A stretch of DNA of 64,000 nt from Psammoneis japonica. Its lineage: Eukaryota. A program made the translations under genes and the position numbers. Below the pieces are notes generated by a model. That model ran no database searches. It saw only the letters and a list, made by a program, of their open reading frames with translations, and was not told the origin of the DNA. Positions 13,152 to 24,500 of the stretch are shown one piece after another. The stretch covers positions 1 through 64,000 of the forward strand of contig QPGO01000273.1 in the NCBI GenBank assembly GCA_008632985.1, given 5' to 3'. Every line of letters begins with the position of its first letter. The stretch's first letter is position 1.

Positions 13152-14234
13152 TTACTGACTTTTTGTCAACGAAAATTGCAGTAGCTGTTCGTTCGGGAAA
13201 TAGTCTTTTGGGTTGGGTCGGTAGGTTTGATCGACAAAGTAAGTCTCGTAGGACGCAGAGATGCCAGATTCCTCAAACATTGCCGACAGTGTCGATCCTA
13301 CAAACTCGGGAGAAAACCGCGATTGCTCTCCCGTGATTTGCAGACTCGCACCCAACGTGGCGGGTTCAATCACGCTCACCAAGAAATTAATAGTCGAACC
13401 ACTTAACAAGTCGTCGCTGTCAACGCCATCGAAAATTACCGAGTCCTTCGTTTTTGCATCACTGCTACTGGCGAGCGTCGTGCCGTCATTTCCTACTACG
13501 TGGTAGGATGAGCAAAAGTTGGAAGTCTGAAATAGATTCAATATCTCCAGGATTGCGGACGACGTGTCCGCTAAAGATTGCGTCTTGGCGGCGTTCTTTA
13601 TCACCTTCTTTTCCCTCAGTTGCTGATACAGCTTTCTCCCTACATTTCTCGCAAACAAATCTCTAGTCTTGAAATCCGGTATCAGGGCAGCCGCAATTCT
13701 CCACAGGCAATAACTTGTCAAATCAAAGTAGTATTGATCCCTTACATGATCCGTCATCCAAGGCGCACGTTTTTGAAAGCTCGGTGCTACCTTTTCTCGC
13801 AGCGTCTGCGTCAGTTGAGAAACGTCCTTATTTTTGTCGGACACTAGCTCGTCTAACGCTTGTCTGGGTATACAAGAGTTTGTCACATCGTCATCTAACA
13901 AGAGAGATAGCAGAGGCTCTTGAAGCGTTCTTGGCGGCGGCATGGGTGGCGCAGCCGAACGTTCCACGTTTCCCTCCTTGGCATTTCCGCCCACCAAATC
14001 ACGAATATAGAATTCCAAATCCAGTTCAGCAGCTCCCTTGGCACTGATGAGATTCGTATTGAAAGCATTTACGGAGGCTTTTGAATCTTCAGGAATCAAC
14101 GCCCAACCAAAGCATCCTCCAAGTCCAAACAACGCTTGCCGACGTGAAGAACAACATTTCCTGGCGCTTTGTGAGGACAGCGCAAAAGAGAACTCCACAA
14201 CTAGTGTCGCAGCTAACACGATAGTATAACGCAT
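13152..14234 (-). CDS. Hypothetical plastid-targeted protein, possibly thylakoid lumen
   Basis: Uninterrupted 360-aa ORF with signal peptide ending SFAL, then twin-Arg SRRQAL and a hydrophobic stretch. Confidence 0.65.
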   Translation of the reverse strand: MRYTIVLAATLVVEFSFALSSQSARKCCSSRRQALFGLGGCFGWALIPEDSKASVNAFNTNLISAKGAAELDLEFYIRDLVGGNAKEGNVERSAAPPMPPPRTLQEPLLSLLLDDDVTNSCIPRQALDELVSDKNKDVSQLTQTLREKVAPSFQKRAPWMTDHVRDQYYFDLTSYCLWRIAAALIPDFKTRDLFARNVGRKLYQQLREKKVIKNAAKTQSLADTSSAILEILNLFQTSNFCSSYHVVGNDGTTLASSSDAKTKDSVIFDGVDSDDLLSGSTINFLVSVIEPATLGASLQITGEQSRFSPEFVGSTLSAMFEESGISASYETYFVDQTYRPNPKDYFPNEQLLQFSLTKSQ

Positions 14235-14640
14235 CGTATACTAGAGCTAGCAACTATGGGGTCGCGAGGTGAAGTATGCGATGCATATAAAATCGCACAA
14301 GAGTTTCGTCGGTTGTGTTTGTTTGCGATCAGGCCGCAGATATTTTGACTGACGCGACTTCAAAATGACGATGCGCCGCAACATACAAGCGCGACCAAAG
14401 ATTACAGTAGTACAATACTAACTTACGTGAACTAATATGTACATTTATGATGTATAATAATAAATGTGGTCGTGTTTTCTGAAAATGACGAGCCATGACA
14501 CCATTCAGTCTTGCGGATACCGCCCGGTATGCTCAACGGCTCAACGCGCAATCGCGAGATCTCAGATCGGCGATGGCGATAGAACACCAACAAACAAAGG
14601 CACAGCATACGGAAGCACTTCTCAAAAGACACACGTAGCC

Positions 14641-17600
14641 ATGTCAGAGACAAACAGTGACGGCGCCCAAAACGGGCAAGTGGACGAGAAAGAGAAAAAT
14701 GGAATGAAAAAGGATGAGGTTACAGTTGAAACATCATGGATATCAGAGATTCACGATGACATCACCAGTGACGGGCACAGCGATGACGAAGAAACAGCAA
14801 AAGAGATTCCGTCCTATTATGTTCCTGCGTGTGTCACTCGTTTTCGCGAATCTGAACAACTCGTGACAGATCATGACTATTTTGAAGCATTGGTAGCCGT
14901 TGAAACCCTCCGTGCCACGATTCACAGATTATCGAGAAGCGTCACTGGAAGCGTTGTTTCATTTCGGAGAGATGCAGTCGATTCTTCGAATTCGAAACTT
15001 ATCACCAGAGGTCGTAAGCTAGAAATAATGCTGAAGCGCCTTTTGGAAGAACTGGAAGCAAAGCGTGCTTTTCAACTTGAAACTATGAACAAGCGTCCTG
15101 TTTTGGAAAAACTACTTGATGCCTTGGAGGCTACAGAGCTGGAGAAGATGGTTTTTCGATACACGTTGGTGAGACATTCAGGCCAAGGAATCACAAAAAC
15201 ATTGGGCGAGTATGAATCATCGCCTTTTAGGAATTTCAAGCAACGAGTAAGCATTGTCGGATATGATTGTGCGGTTTCCATGACTCAAGTTCGTGAGCTC
15301 TTTGCAAACAATGGCGCAACTCTATCAAATCTCATGCCTATGGTGAGCGATGAGTCCTCCAAATGGCTAACAGAGCAACTGTACCTTCTCAGAGAGCATG
15401 ATCAAAATTTTATGGGCGCCGACGGAAACACGATGCGTGTGTTGATGGGGTTAGAAATTAAAACCTCCCAATACTGGTCGCTAGGGAGCTCGATGCTTCA
15501 GAAGATTTTGTTGGAGGACAAAGCATTTCAAGAGACAACAGCAGGAAAAGCAATTATTCAGCGGAAGAAACTGGAAGAAGCTTGTGAAAAGGTAGACAAA
15601 ACCTCTATCGATCAACCGCCGTCCTTTCTCGCACAAGCCATGATGGAGAGTTCTGGAAAGTCGGGAGACAGCAGGGCTCCGATGAAAGATCGCATCTTTG
15701 ATATCTTATCACAGGCTGCAGAACAGGAACGAAGGATACCACAAGCCATCAAAGAGGAGCCTTGGTCGACCGAATCATCAACGTCAGAGGTAAATCGAGA
15801 AGAAGAGAGCAAGGTCCATGATGCCGAAGAGACTAAGATCGAGGATGATTATGGTCCTTACAAATCTGAACTTGCGTACCTTGAGGACCAGGTTACGCTC
15901 ATTCAAAAAGAAGCGAGCCTAAGAAAACTCAATCAATCTATTGCTGATAGAAAGCTTGACGACGGCCTCGAGGCGGAGGAGGATATTCCCCTGAATGGAT
16001 ACGAGATGTTAAGCAGGAAAAAGAAAATGTTGGAAAGGACTCCAACTCAACGGGCTAAGGAAGAAAAAAAGGCCGAAAGGCTTGAAAGCATTGTCAAGCA
16101 GCTCAGAGATAAGATTCGAATGAAGATCAACGCAAGTCGGCTTGAGACTGGTCGTAATTTTCGGCTAGAACAGCTGTGTGCCGCCTTGAGTCTTGAAAAA
16201 TTCGAGAAGTGCTGTCTTTTGGAGATGCTCAGGTCAACCATCACGCCACCGAATGCCCAGAATGGCTCTAAAATGAGTTGCTCTCGTTCTGCTCAAGTTG
16301 GTGAACTGATTGAGACTTTCTGTTTTACATTAGAAGATCGAATGAGGAGCCGTCGCTTCTTTTACAAGTCTGGCACCTTGATTCGAGAGGGAATTCTCAC
16401 TATTTCCCAGTAGGATTTCATGACGGACTTGTCAAATTGTAATGTGGAGGTGCGTTGTGGATGAAACGGCTGAGGCAGAATATCTGAACCTTCACTAACC
16501 CATGCTCCTTGCTACTTCTGTAATTATTACACAGCTCGACCGGCGTTTATTTGACTATCTCGTTGGCCTTGATACGGAAATGAGCGAGATTGTCGATGGT
16601 TCCCACCTCTATCTACCAGATGTGGAATTAGACGATGTTATTATTCCTGCCGAAACCAAGAAGCGAATTTGCGATGTCGTGCTGAGTTTCGAAAAGGTCA
16701 AATCCAGGTATTTTGAGTACGAGGTTGACAAAAAGATTACTTACGGACTGGGACAAGTGTTGCTCTTCTACGGAAGCAGTGGAACGTAAGTGAAGTATTT
16801 CGAGTGTATGTAAGTAGTCTGATTTCTCGACACAATATCACCAAAGAGTCGTGGTTCCAATTTTATGTCACAGAGGCAAGACAATGCTTGCAAACGCCGT
16901 CGCCGCCAAGCTCAAAAAGAAGGTTCTCCTTGTCAACTTTCCTAACCTTGGCACAAATCAGTCGGGTGCAATCCTCAAGTTTCTTTTTCGTGAAGCCCGC
17001 ATCAATCATGCGGTTCTATTCTTTGACGAATGCGAATCTTTATTCATGGATAGAAACAAGGGCGGTCACTCGTCTGTGAACATGATATTGACGGAACTGG
17101 AGCGATTTGATGGCTTGTGCATTCTCGCCACCAATAGAGCTCACGACTTGGACGAGGCGATGCATCGACGCATCTCGCTAGCCATGGAGTTTCGTAAGCC
17201 CGATCATATCATGCGAGAAAAGATTTGGAAGACCCTCCGTCCTCCCAAGGTTCCCCTCGAGGATGACATTCACTTTGGTAAGCTCGCCAAAAAGTACGAG
17301 CTGACGGGTGGTCTGATCAAAAATGCGTGGCTACAGAGTCTTGGTCTTATGGTCCAGCGTGGTGGAGACAAGATTTGTCAAGCAGATCTCATGCAGGCGG
17401 CTGGAGAACAAATGATTGGACAGCTGACATTGGAAGACTTTGACCGCCGCGTAGTCCCTACTTGTGGGCTAGAGTCCATGGTACTGGCGCCCACCATCAA
17501 GAAGTCTCTCAGTAGCATCGTTCGGTACACTAAGGCTCAGTCGGTCTTGTTTGGCCAGTGGGGCTTTGAAAAGATTCATCGGTCAACAACCGGCATCAGC

Positions 17601-18262
17601 GCCTTGTTTACAGGACTACCTGGCACGGGCAAAACCATGGCGGCCGAGGCGATTGGTTTTGATCTCGCCCGTCCCCTTTTGGTTGTCAATGTAGCGGAGC
17701 TAGTGTCGAAGTGGGTCGGAGACACAGGCAAGAACATTCAGGCTGTCTTTGCAGATGCCAAAAAGAAGGATGCCGTTCTTGTCTTTGACGAAGCCGAGGG
17801 ACTCTTTGGCTCTCGTTCTGAAGGCACATCGTCATCCACTGGGCGCCACGACACTATGAATGTTGGTCTCTTGTTGCAGTACATTGAAAACCACCCCGGT
17901 GTTGCATTGTCATTACAAACATGAAGAAAGCCATTGACGAAGCATTTTTCCGCAGATTCCGCTTTGTGCTGGACTTTGACATGCCAACCGTTTCCGAGCG
18001 AGAAGAACTGTGGAAGTCGCTTATTCCGTCCGATTGTCCCTTGGCCTCGGACGTGTCCATCAAGGAGCTTGCCGTTCGATTTCCAATGTGCGGTGGCAAC
18101 ATTAAGAACTCATTGCTTCGTGCCGCCACTCACGCAGCACTCCGTGTCGAGGAAAAGGATCGTAGAGTGACAATGGTCGACTTGGCGACCGCCTGTGAAG
18201 CAGAAACAACAAAGATGGGAGATCAAAAAGCTGCCACCATGGCCATGGCCATGTATAATTGA
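14641..18262 (+). CDS. Double AAA+ ATPase; introns 16450-16534 and 16786-16873; in-frame TAG at 16411-16413 and frameshift ~17905
   Basis: Walker A GSSGTGKT (spliced) and GLPGTGKT; Walker B LFFDE and LVFDE; ATNR..LDEAMHRR and IDEAFFRRF. Confidence 0.85.
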
Positions 18263-18709
18263 GTTGTTGCACAGTTGGTGCATGTGGCATTTTTCTATTC
18301 GACGAAAGCGCTGAACGGATTGTGCTCTGAGAGGACCAACCTCTGGGCCATGCAAAGCACTCGACCAGTCCCTGTTCGGTGACAAAGACTTGCTCTCCTC
18401 TAGCTTAAGTTAAAAGAGCTATGGAGTCGGTCTACGGACCTCAAAGTAACCGAGCTCAGTACAAGTAGAGTCAATCGTATGGACAATCGCACTTCCAAAC
18501 TAGCCTAATAAACAGTCCTCTTCATTGGGCCAGCCGCACCGCACCAGAAGTACTTATTTCTTATACTTACCGTACTACATACTTAGTCTACTGTAGGTCT
18601 TGCTTTTTTCGTCTGCCCGTGTGTCTTATTTTTTCCCGGACTTCTGTCGGAGGTCGGAGTATTTTGATTTCTGGACAAAAGTTCCGACGGTGTTGTCGTT
18701 GTTGACACG

Positions 18710-20521
18710 ATGAGCAGGCAAGCATCGAGTGGGCTCAATTCGCTGTTGAGTTCACATTCTTCGAGCACAGTGTCGGAGCAAGATGAGAATTTGAAAGAAC
18801 TAGAGGAGCAGCTTGAAGGCAGAAAGGACGACTCGCACAAAATACTGGTTTCCCGTCTGGCAAGCCGAGGCGAGAGCGAAACGCAAGTGTTGCAATCAAC
18901 ATCGTCGTTATCGACTGCCTTTTCAACATCGACAGCTTCGTCTGTGCATCTTCCTGCTGCGATTAGCCCACTGGCAGAGTGGCTGTTCCGTCAAGAAAGT
19001 TTGACCGAGGATCAACGGATCTCGGTTCTGTTTGTGGTTCGCCTGGGAGATGATTTGCATCGCGTGGGATACGCTACATTTTTGACATTTAGCTTTCTAC
19101 AAGAGCTGGCCAAGAAGTTAGAAATTCCTCGGCTTGACGTAGAAGTTGATGTTCATGCTCTCCGATGGAACTATGGAGGCAATGTGTTTGTTCAACGAAT
19201 TAGCACCGACTACGATGGCGATGCTATGGAAGAACTGAGTCGGATTGCTCTCGGGGTGCTGAGCAACGATGTTACACCGTTAGAGGGACTCAAGCGTATT
19301 GGTCTTTGTGACAAAAAGAAAAGTGTCTCCACGCGCCTTACTTTTTATCGTCACTTTCCGGGGCGCATACTAGTGGTTGCCATTACTGCTTGTAGCTTTG
19401 GCGTTACGTTCTTCGACGCTACCGCCGTTGACTCGGCTCTGGGATTTCTAACGGGACTCGTGTCCGGCTTCATACTCTACGTTGCTACGTTTAAACAACC
19501 ATTGCAGAAAATAGAGGAGTTGTTGGCAAGTATATCGACGAGTATGATTCTGGCAGGAGCGCTAGCCCTCTTTCCGGAGAAAACGTGTTTTATTGGGCAG
19601 CTGCTTGGCTCTCTCTTTTACTTTCTCTATGGAGGTTCGTTTGTTATTGCACTCTACGAAATGACGGATAAACTAGTGTCGGTGGGGCTGATGAGATTTG
19701 CGTCAGCGCTTCTCAACACCTTGACGTTGGGCATGGGTGCGGTGGTTGGACTTTGGATAGCGGCATACGCAGGATCGGACCGGTTTGTCAACGCCAGAGA
19801 TCAAGATTGTTCGATTCTTGAGAACCAACTCTCCGATTATTGGTTATTTCTCTTTGTCCCTATCCTCTCAATTGGTGTCCTTATGCAATTGCGCATTTCC
19901 CCCCAACACTGGCCCGCGTGCCTGGCTGTACAGTTTGTGGGCTTTTCGAGTCAATACGTGCTCAGCACCGTGTGGAAACAACCCGTGATTGCAAATAATC
20001 TTGTCCCGGTGTGGGTATCCACCGTTGCAGCTCATGTGTCTGTTACCCTAGCGAGTCGGATTCGAACGAATGATGTGCCAAACATACTTAGATCATTCCA
20101 TGGCAGCACTCACGGAGAAGACCAAGGCCCACGAAGCCTCATGTTCAGGGCCTACGCAAGACGAAGCGTTTTGCGATTCGACGATACTGGGTGGAACAAT
20201 GGGGGCGGTGGTATGGAGGGAGGGTATATTCGAAACCAGAAATTCAAGTCCCAGAGAAGCGGTTTGTGGTATTGTCTCATTCCAACACTGTTTCTGGTGG
20301 TTCCCGGTGCGTCCATTTGGCGTATTGCCTTTAACAGTGTCTTGGAAGCAACATGGAGGAGCGACTATGCCAGGGCAACTCAGAACGTGGGTGAACTAAT
20401 TGCTGCTTTACTGACTGTTGGTATATCCCAAGTCATTGGAATACGATTGGGTCTTGTGACTGTTTCGTTCATTCCTAGAGGCTTGTTACCGAAGGCGTGT
20501 GGTTATTGCACTAAAGGGTGA
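18710..20521 (+). CDS. Multi-pass membrane protein, ThrE (threonine/serine exporter)-like
   Basis: 603-aa ORF with about 10 hydrophobic helices, N-terminal RLGDDLHRVG and C-terminal PTLFLVVPG. Confidence 0.6.
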   Translation: MSRQASSGLNSLLSSHSSSTVSEQDENLKELEEQLEGRKDDSHKILVSRLASRGESETQVLQSTSSLSTAFSTSTASSVHLPAAISPLAEWLFRQESLTEDQRISVLFVVRLGDDLHRVGYATFLTFSFLQELAKKLEIPRLDVEVDVHALRWNYGGNVFVQRISTDYDGDAMEELSRIALGVLSNDVTPLEGLKRIGLCDKKKSVSTRLTFYRHFPGRILVVAITACSFGVTFFDATAVDSALGFLTGLVSGFILYVATFKQPLQKIEELLASISTSMILAGALALFPEKTCFIGQLLGSLFYFLYGGSFVIALYEMTDKLVSVGLMRFASALLNTLTLGMGAVVGLWIAAYAGSDRFVNARDQDCSILENQLSDYWLFLFVPILSIGVLMQLRISPQHWPACLAVQFVGFSSQYVLSTVWKQPVIANNLVPVWVSTVAAHVSVTLASRIRTNDVPNILRSFHGSTHGEDQGPRSLMFRAYARRSVLRFDDTGWNNGGGGMEGGYIRNQKFKSQRSGLWYCLIPTLFLVVPGASIWRIAFNSVLEATWRSDYARATQNVGELIAALLTVGISQVIGIRLGLVTVSFIPRGLLPKACGYCTKG

Positions 20522-20819
20522 GATAAACGTTTCGGTGGTGAGCAAGCGCACGAGGTTTCGACTATGGATAAGGTAATAAAAATGGTTTTGCACAGCAAGC
20601 GCTGCGGCAGGAGGATTAAGGAAGGCTATTTGGAAAAGCTCTATTGTGAGCAGGTAACTGAAAATAATGAACAATTCTCGAGGATGTGCGCGCAAGATGT
20701 CCAGTCTTATTGTGCGTGACACGTCAAATCGAACTGAAAGTTGCACGGACTTTTCTCTCTAGAGAATGCAGTGTGAAATAGCCCTCCTCGCTCTTCAAGC
20801 TTCTTCAGGTAAATCACAA

Positions 20820-21303
20820 CATCTCGTGTCAAGTGCCTGTCAAGAAGGTCGCACCCCAAATTGTCGTTGAGGATTTTTGCGTGTGTTCTCACCTCCAATT
20901 CTTTTGTCATCCATTTCATTCGTGTTTGTGCCACAGAGTGAGTCAGTCTTGTTCAGCATTGCAAAACCATTTCCATCAACTCATGGCAGCACCAATGGAA
21001 GCACACTTTTCAAATTCTCAAAAACTGCCCATGAAAGCACAATCCACATTTCCATTCCCACAAAGTTGGACTGCAACAGACTGAGGTTGAGTGTCTTGTG
21101 CTCTGACATCGACTTGCATGCTTCTTGTTGAGGTGCCAAGAATCCAATTTCCCAGGAGATGACAGTCTTGCAACAACTTAAACAAAGCCTTTGTTTTGTG
21201 CTCCCTGCACTCAAAAACAATGTGTCAACTTGTCAAAGACAATCACAACCCTGGGTTCAAGCAAAGGATCAAGACAGATTTGGTTGTGGAGTGACACAAC
21301 AAA
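20820..21303. other. TpA/CpG-depleted degenerate sequence; left part of the site into which copia copy 1 inserted
   Basis: Same TG/CA-rich composition; continues after the element at 28538-29720. Confidence 0.6.
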
Positions 21304-21580
21304 TGACAGAAAATTGAAGGCAAATGGCAAGAATTCAAACAATGACTCCTTGCTGCTGTCTAAACAGCAGATGAGTCTCCGCTCAGAGACCGTCACAGGA
21401 GCCGAAAGACGTGCAAGTCGGCACAATCGGGCTGCTGTTGTTGTTCTTGTGAGCCTTGTGGCTCGAAAGCAAACTGCATCGCGCGCAAACGCGCGGAACT
21501 AAAGCACACAAAACTGTGCGCGGCAAACTAAACAGTGCGCGACATTTCGCAGGCACCCAAATCCTGTTCAAATCCTGTCA
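21304..21580 (-). repeat. 3' LTR of copia copy 1
   Basis: Direct repeat of 28261-28537; purine tract (ctcccca on +) adjacent from 21581. Confidence 0.97.
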
Positions 21581-24500
21581 CTCCCCAGTTTGCTTGAGGA
21601 GTCACAGAAACAGATTCGACTTCGGATGAAATGAAGTTCCAGAACATGAGGGGGCGGAGAAGGTCCCAGATTTGGGAGTGACCCCAATGCTTGCTGAGGA
21701 TGTCAGCAGGGTTGCGGGAGCCTTCGATGAAGTGGAGCTCAAGGCAACCAGAGGCAATTGCCTCACGCACACGGTGGAACGACAGTGCGGGGTGTCGCTT
21801 GTGTAACTTGGAGTGCGGGATGGTGGCACTGTCTACAACCGACTTGTTGTCACCGAACATGTGACTGACATTGCGGATCGGGACGCCAAGGCAACGCAGG
21901 GTGATGCGCAGGTCAACAATCTGCTCAACACAAGTCCTTGCGGCAACAAATTCAGACCCGCAGGTCGCAGTCTCCATGGTGGCTTGCTTCTTAGAGAACC
22001 AATCAGCCGGGAATTTGTTGAGGAAGTGGAGCATTCCCATGACAGAGCGTCCGGTGAGCATGCAATGGTGCAAGTTTGCATCGACACAGTGGGTGGCAGT
22101 GACGAACTTGCCAAGGGGCGGTGGAGCGTCCTTCGGGATCATCTCTTCTGCTTCGCCGCACACGGAATGCATCCATTCACAGGCCGGAGCAGGGAGATCC
22201 GAATGGTCGGGCTCTTCCGTGCAAACGCGGAGAGCGCCGTGTCGCATCCTGGAGAGGCACCCACAGACGCGTTTGGCATGATCCAAGTGGCCTTGACGGG
22301 GCGCAGCTCGGAAGCTAGAGAGTGACATGACGGCCGTGGCAATGTCAATTCGACCAAGGGACACTGCCCATTGGAGTGAACCAACAAGAGACTGGAACTT
22401 GTGAATGCCATCGGGTCCCAGCAGTTCGGAAGTGTCCAGTTCGGGGTGGTCACCCTTCTCCAGAGGTGACAGGGCGTTGGTGGCAGGTTTCTCCCCAAAC
22501 AGTTGGGCGCAGCTGTCGACCATGCGCTCGATGTGCTTGCGCGGAGACAGGCACAAGGTTGCGTCGGGATCCCGGGAAAAGTCGCAACCCAGATGGAACT
22601 CAATGGGTCCCGCACCCTTGAGCTTGAACTTGCACTTTTCCGTGAGAGTGTCGACGAAAGATTGAGGGTCCTTCATGGCAATGGCGAGGTCATCCACATA
22701 AACGGCAATGTGTTCACAGTGGTCGCCATTCCTGCGCATCCAAATGTCGGGTTCGGCGCGGCAGGGGAAGAAGCCTTCAGCTCGCAGGCAGTCGGCGAAG
22801 CGCTCGTGCCAGCGGAGACCGGAGCTGCGCAGTCCACACAGGGCCTTGTGGATGACAAGGATGTGTCCTTCGAGTTTGCCAAATTCGGGTCCGGCTGCAA
22901 TGTAAAGCTTCTCCTTGGTGGTGGCTTCAAGGCAGGCATTGCCAATGTCGGTGGCCCATGTCTCCAACTCGTTGAGTTCGGCCAGGAAAATCATCAGCCG
23001 AAGGCCACGGAGGGAGACTGCTCTGGAGTGGACACTGTCGACAGGTGCATCCGTGAGGTGCCCGTCGGCTACGAGTCGTGCCTTGTGGCGACCGTCGTGT
23101 TTCACGTCGTACACTGGGTGCACTCGGATCTTCTTGTGTCCCGCAGGAGGAGTGGAAGACTCGAAGGGCCCGCAGTCATGGAAGACTTCACATTCATCGA
23201 GTTGGTCCATCTCGAGATTAGTTGCGTCTCCCCATTTGCAGTTGCCGTTGCGTTCATCTAGTGACATGGCATGTTTGCAGTTTCGGGGAACTTCGCACCC
23301 GTGCTTGCAGCGAGGTGCAGTGCGGAAGGAGCGAAGCTTGGCTTGGTTGGCCATGCGAAACAGCTTCTTTTGGCCTCTCGATGGTGCGGAACCGCTTCCA
23401 GCCATCCGTGTCGAGGAGTCCGTTCTCTCGTGCATGGATGGCGCAGGTGACGGGGTCATCCTTGGCGATGATGGCAAGAGGCTCGGACGTGATCTCCCCA
23501 CTTTCCCATTCAAGCATGATGTTGTAGCTTGAGCCTTTCCAGGTTGGGTCGTGAGGCTTCAGAGGTCCTTCGTGTGACACGATGCATCGAAATTTCCAAA
23601 TGGCAGTGTCTTCATCTTCTTGCTCAATGTGATTCATGATGTCATTGCAGGCAAGGACTTCCTTGTGTTCGTCGTTGTTGACAGAGCAGATGAACTTGGT
23701 GAGCTCGGGATTGCCGTTCACTTTCCATTCGTGGTCTTCGACGGCCTTGACCATGCGAGCTCTGTGGCGTTGTCCGTCCTCTTGTGGCTGCATGAGGAAG
23801 GTGCGTCCAATGATGTCTTGCGGATCGAAAACTGGCATCTTGGGTGTCCTGATCTCCCCATCAGGAGAATCGACGGGGTTGTTGACAGGGTTGTCGTCAT
23901 GGCAAGATTTGATGATGGGTTCAGGTGGCTCCCCATCAGGAGGATCAAGACGCAGGTTTCGAACGGCAGGATCGGTGGTGGCGGAGTGGACGTTGGACCG
24001 GCAGAGGATCTTCTGAGTCTCGTCAGAGAGAATCTTGAAGGTCATCTGGTGGCCGACGTGCTCAGCAATGCCAACGAAGCGTCCACGCAACTCACGGGAT
24101 TCGGACGGCCAATCGGAGTCATCCAGGTGGAAGCACACGGGTTCCCACCAGCGAAAGCCAAGCAATGGGCTGATGTCCGGGGTGGAGCCAGTGAGAGTCT
24201 CAAGGGGCGTGCGCCAGTGGAGACGTGGGGACGCTGTGTGGTTGAGTGTGAAGCACACACACATGAGTGCCAGCAGCCATGTGTGGGCGGGCGAACCAAA
24301 ACGATCCATGACAGTGTTCGCCATGCGCTTCATGGTCTGGTGTCGACGCTCGGCAAAGTTTTGGTGTTGCTGGTGAGGCTCACTTTGCCAGCTGGAGATG
24401 AAGAGGGCCTGTAGGATCCCGAGCACTTTGTTGCTGATCTCAACTTGAGCACGGTCGCCAATGAGTTTGGATGGGGCACCACGCTCACGGATCTGATCCT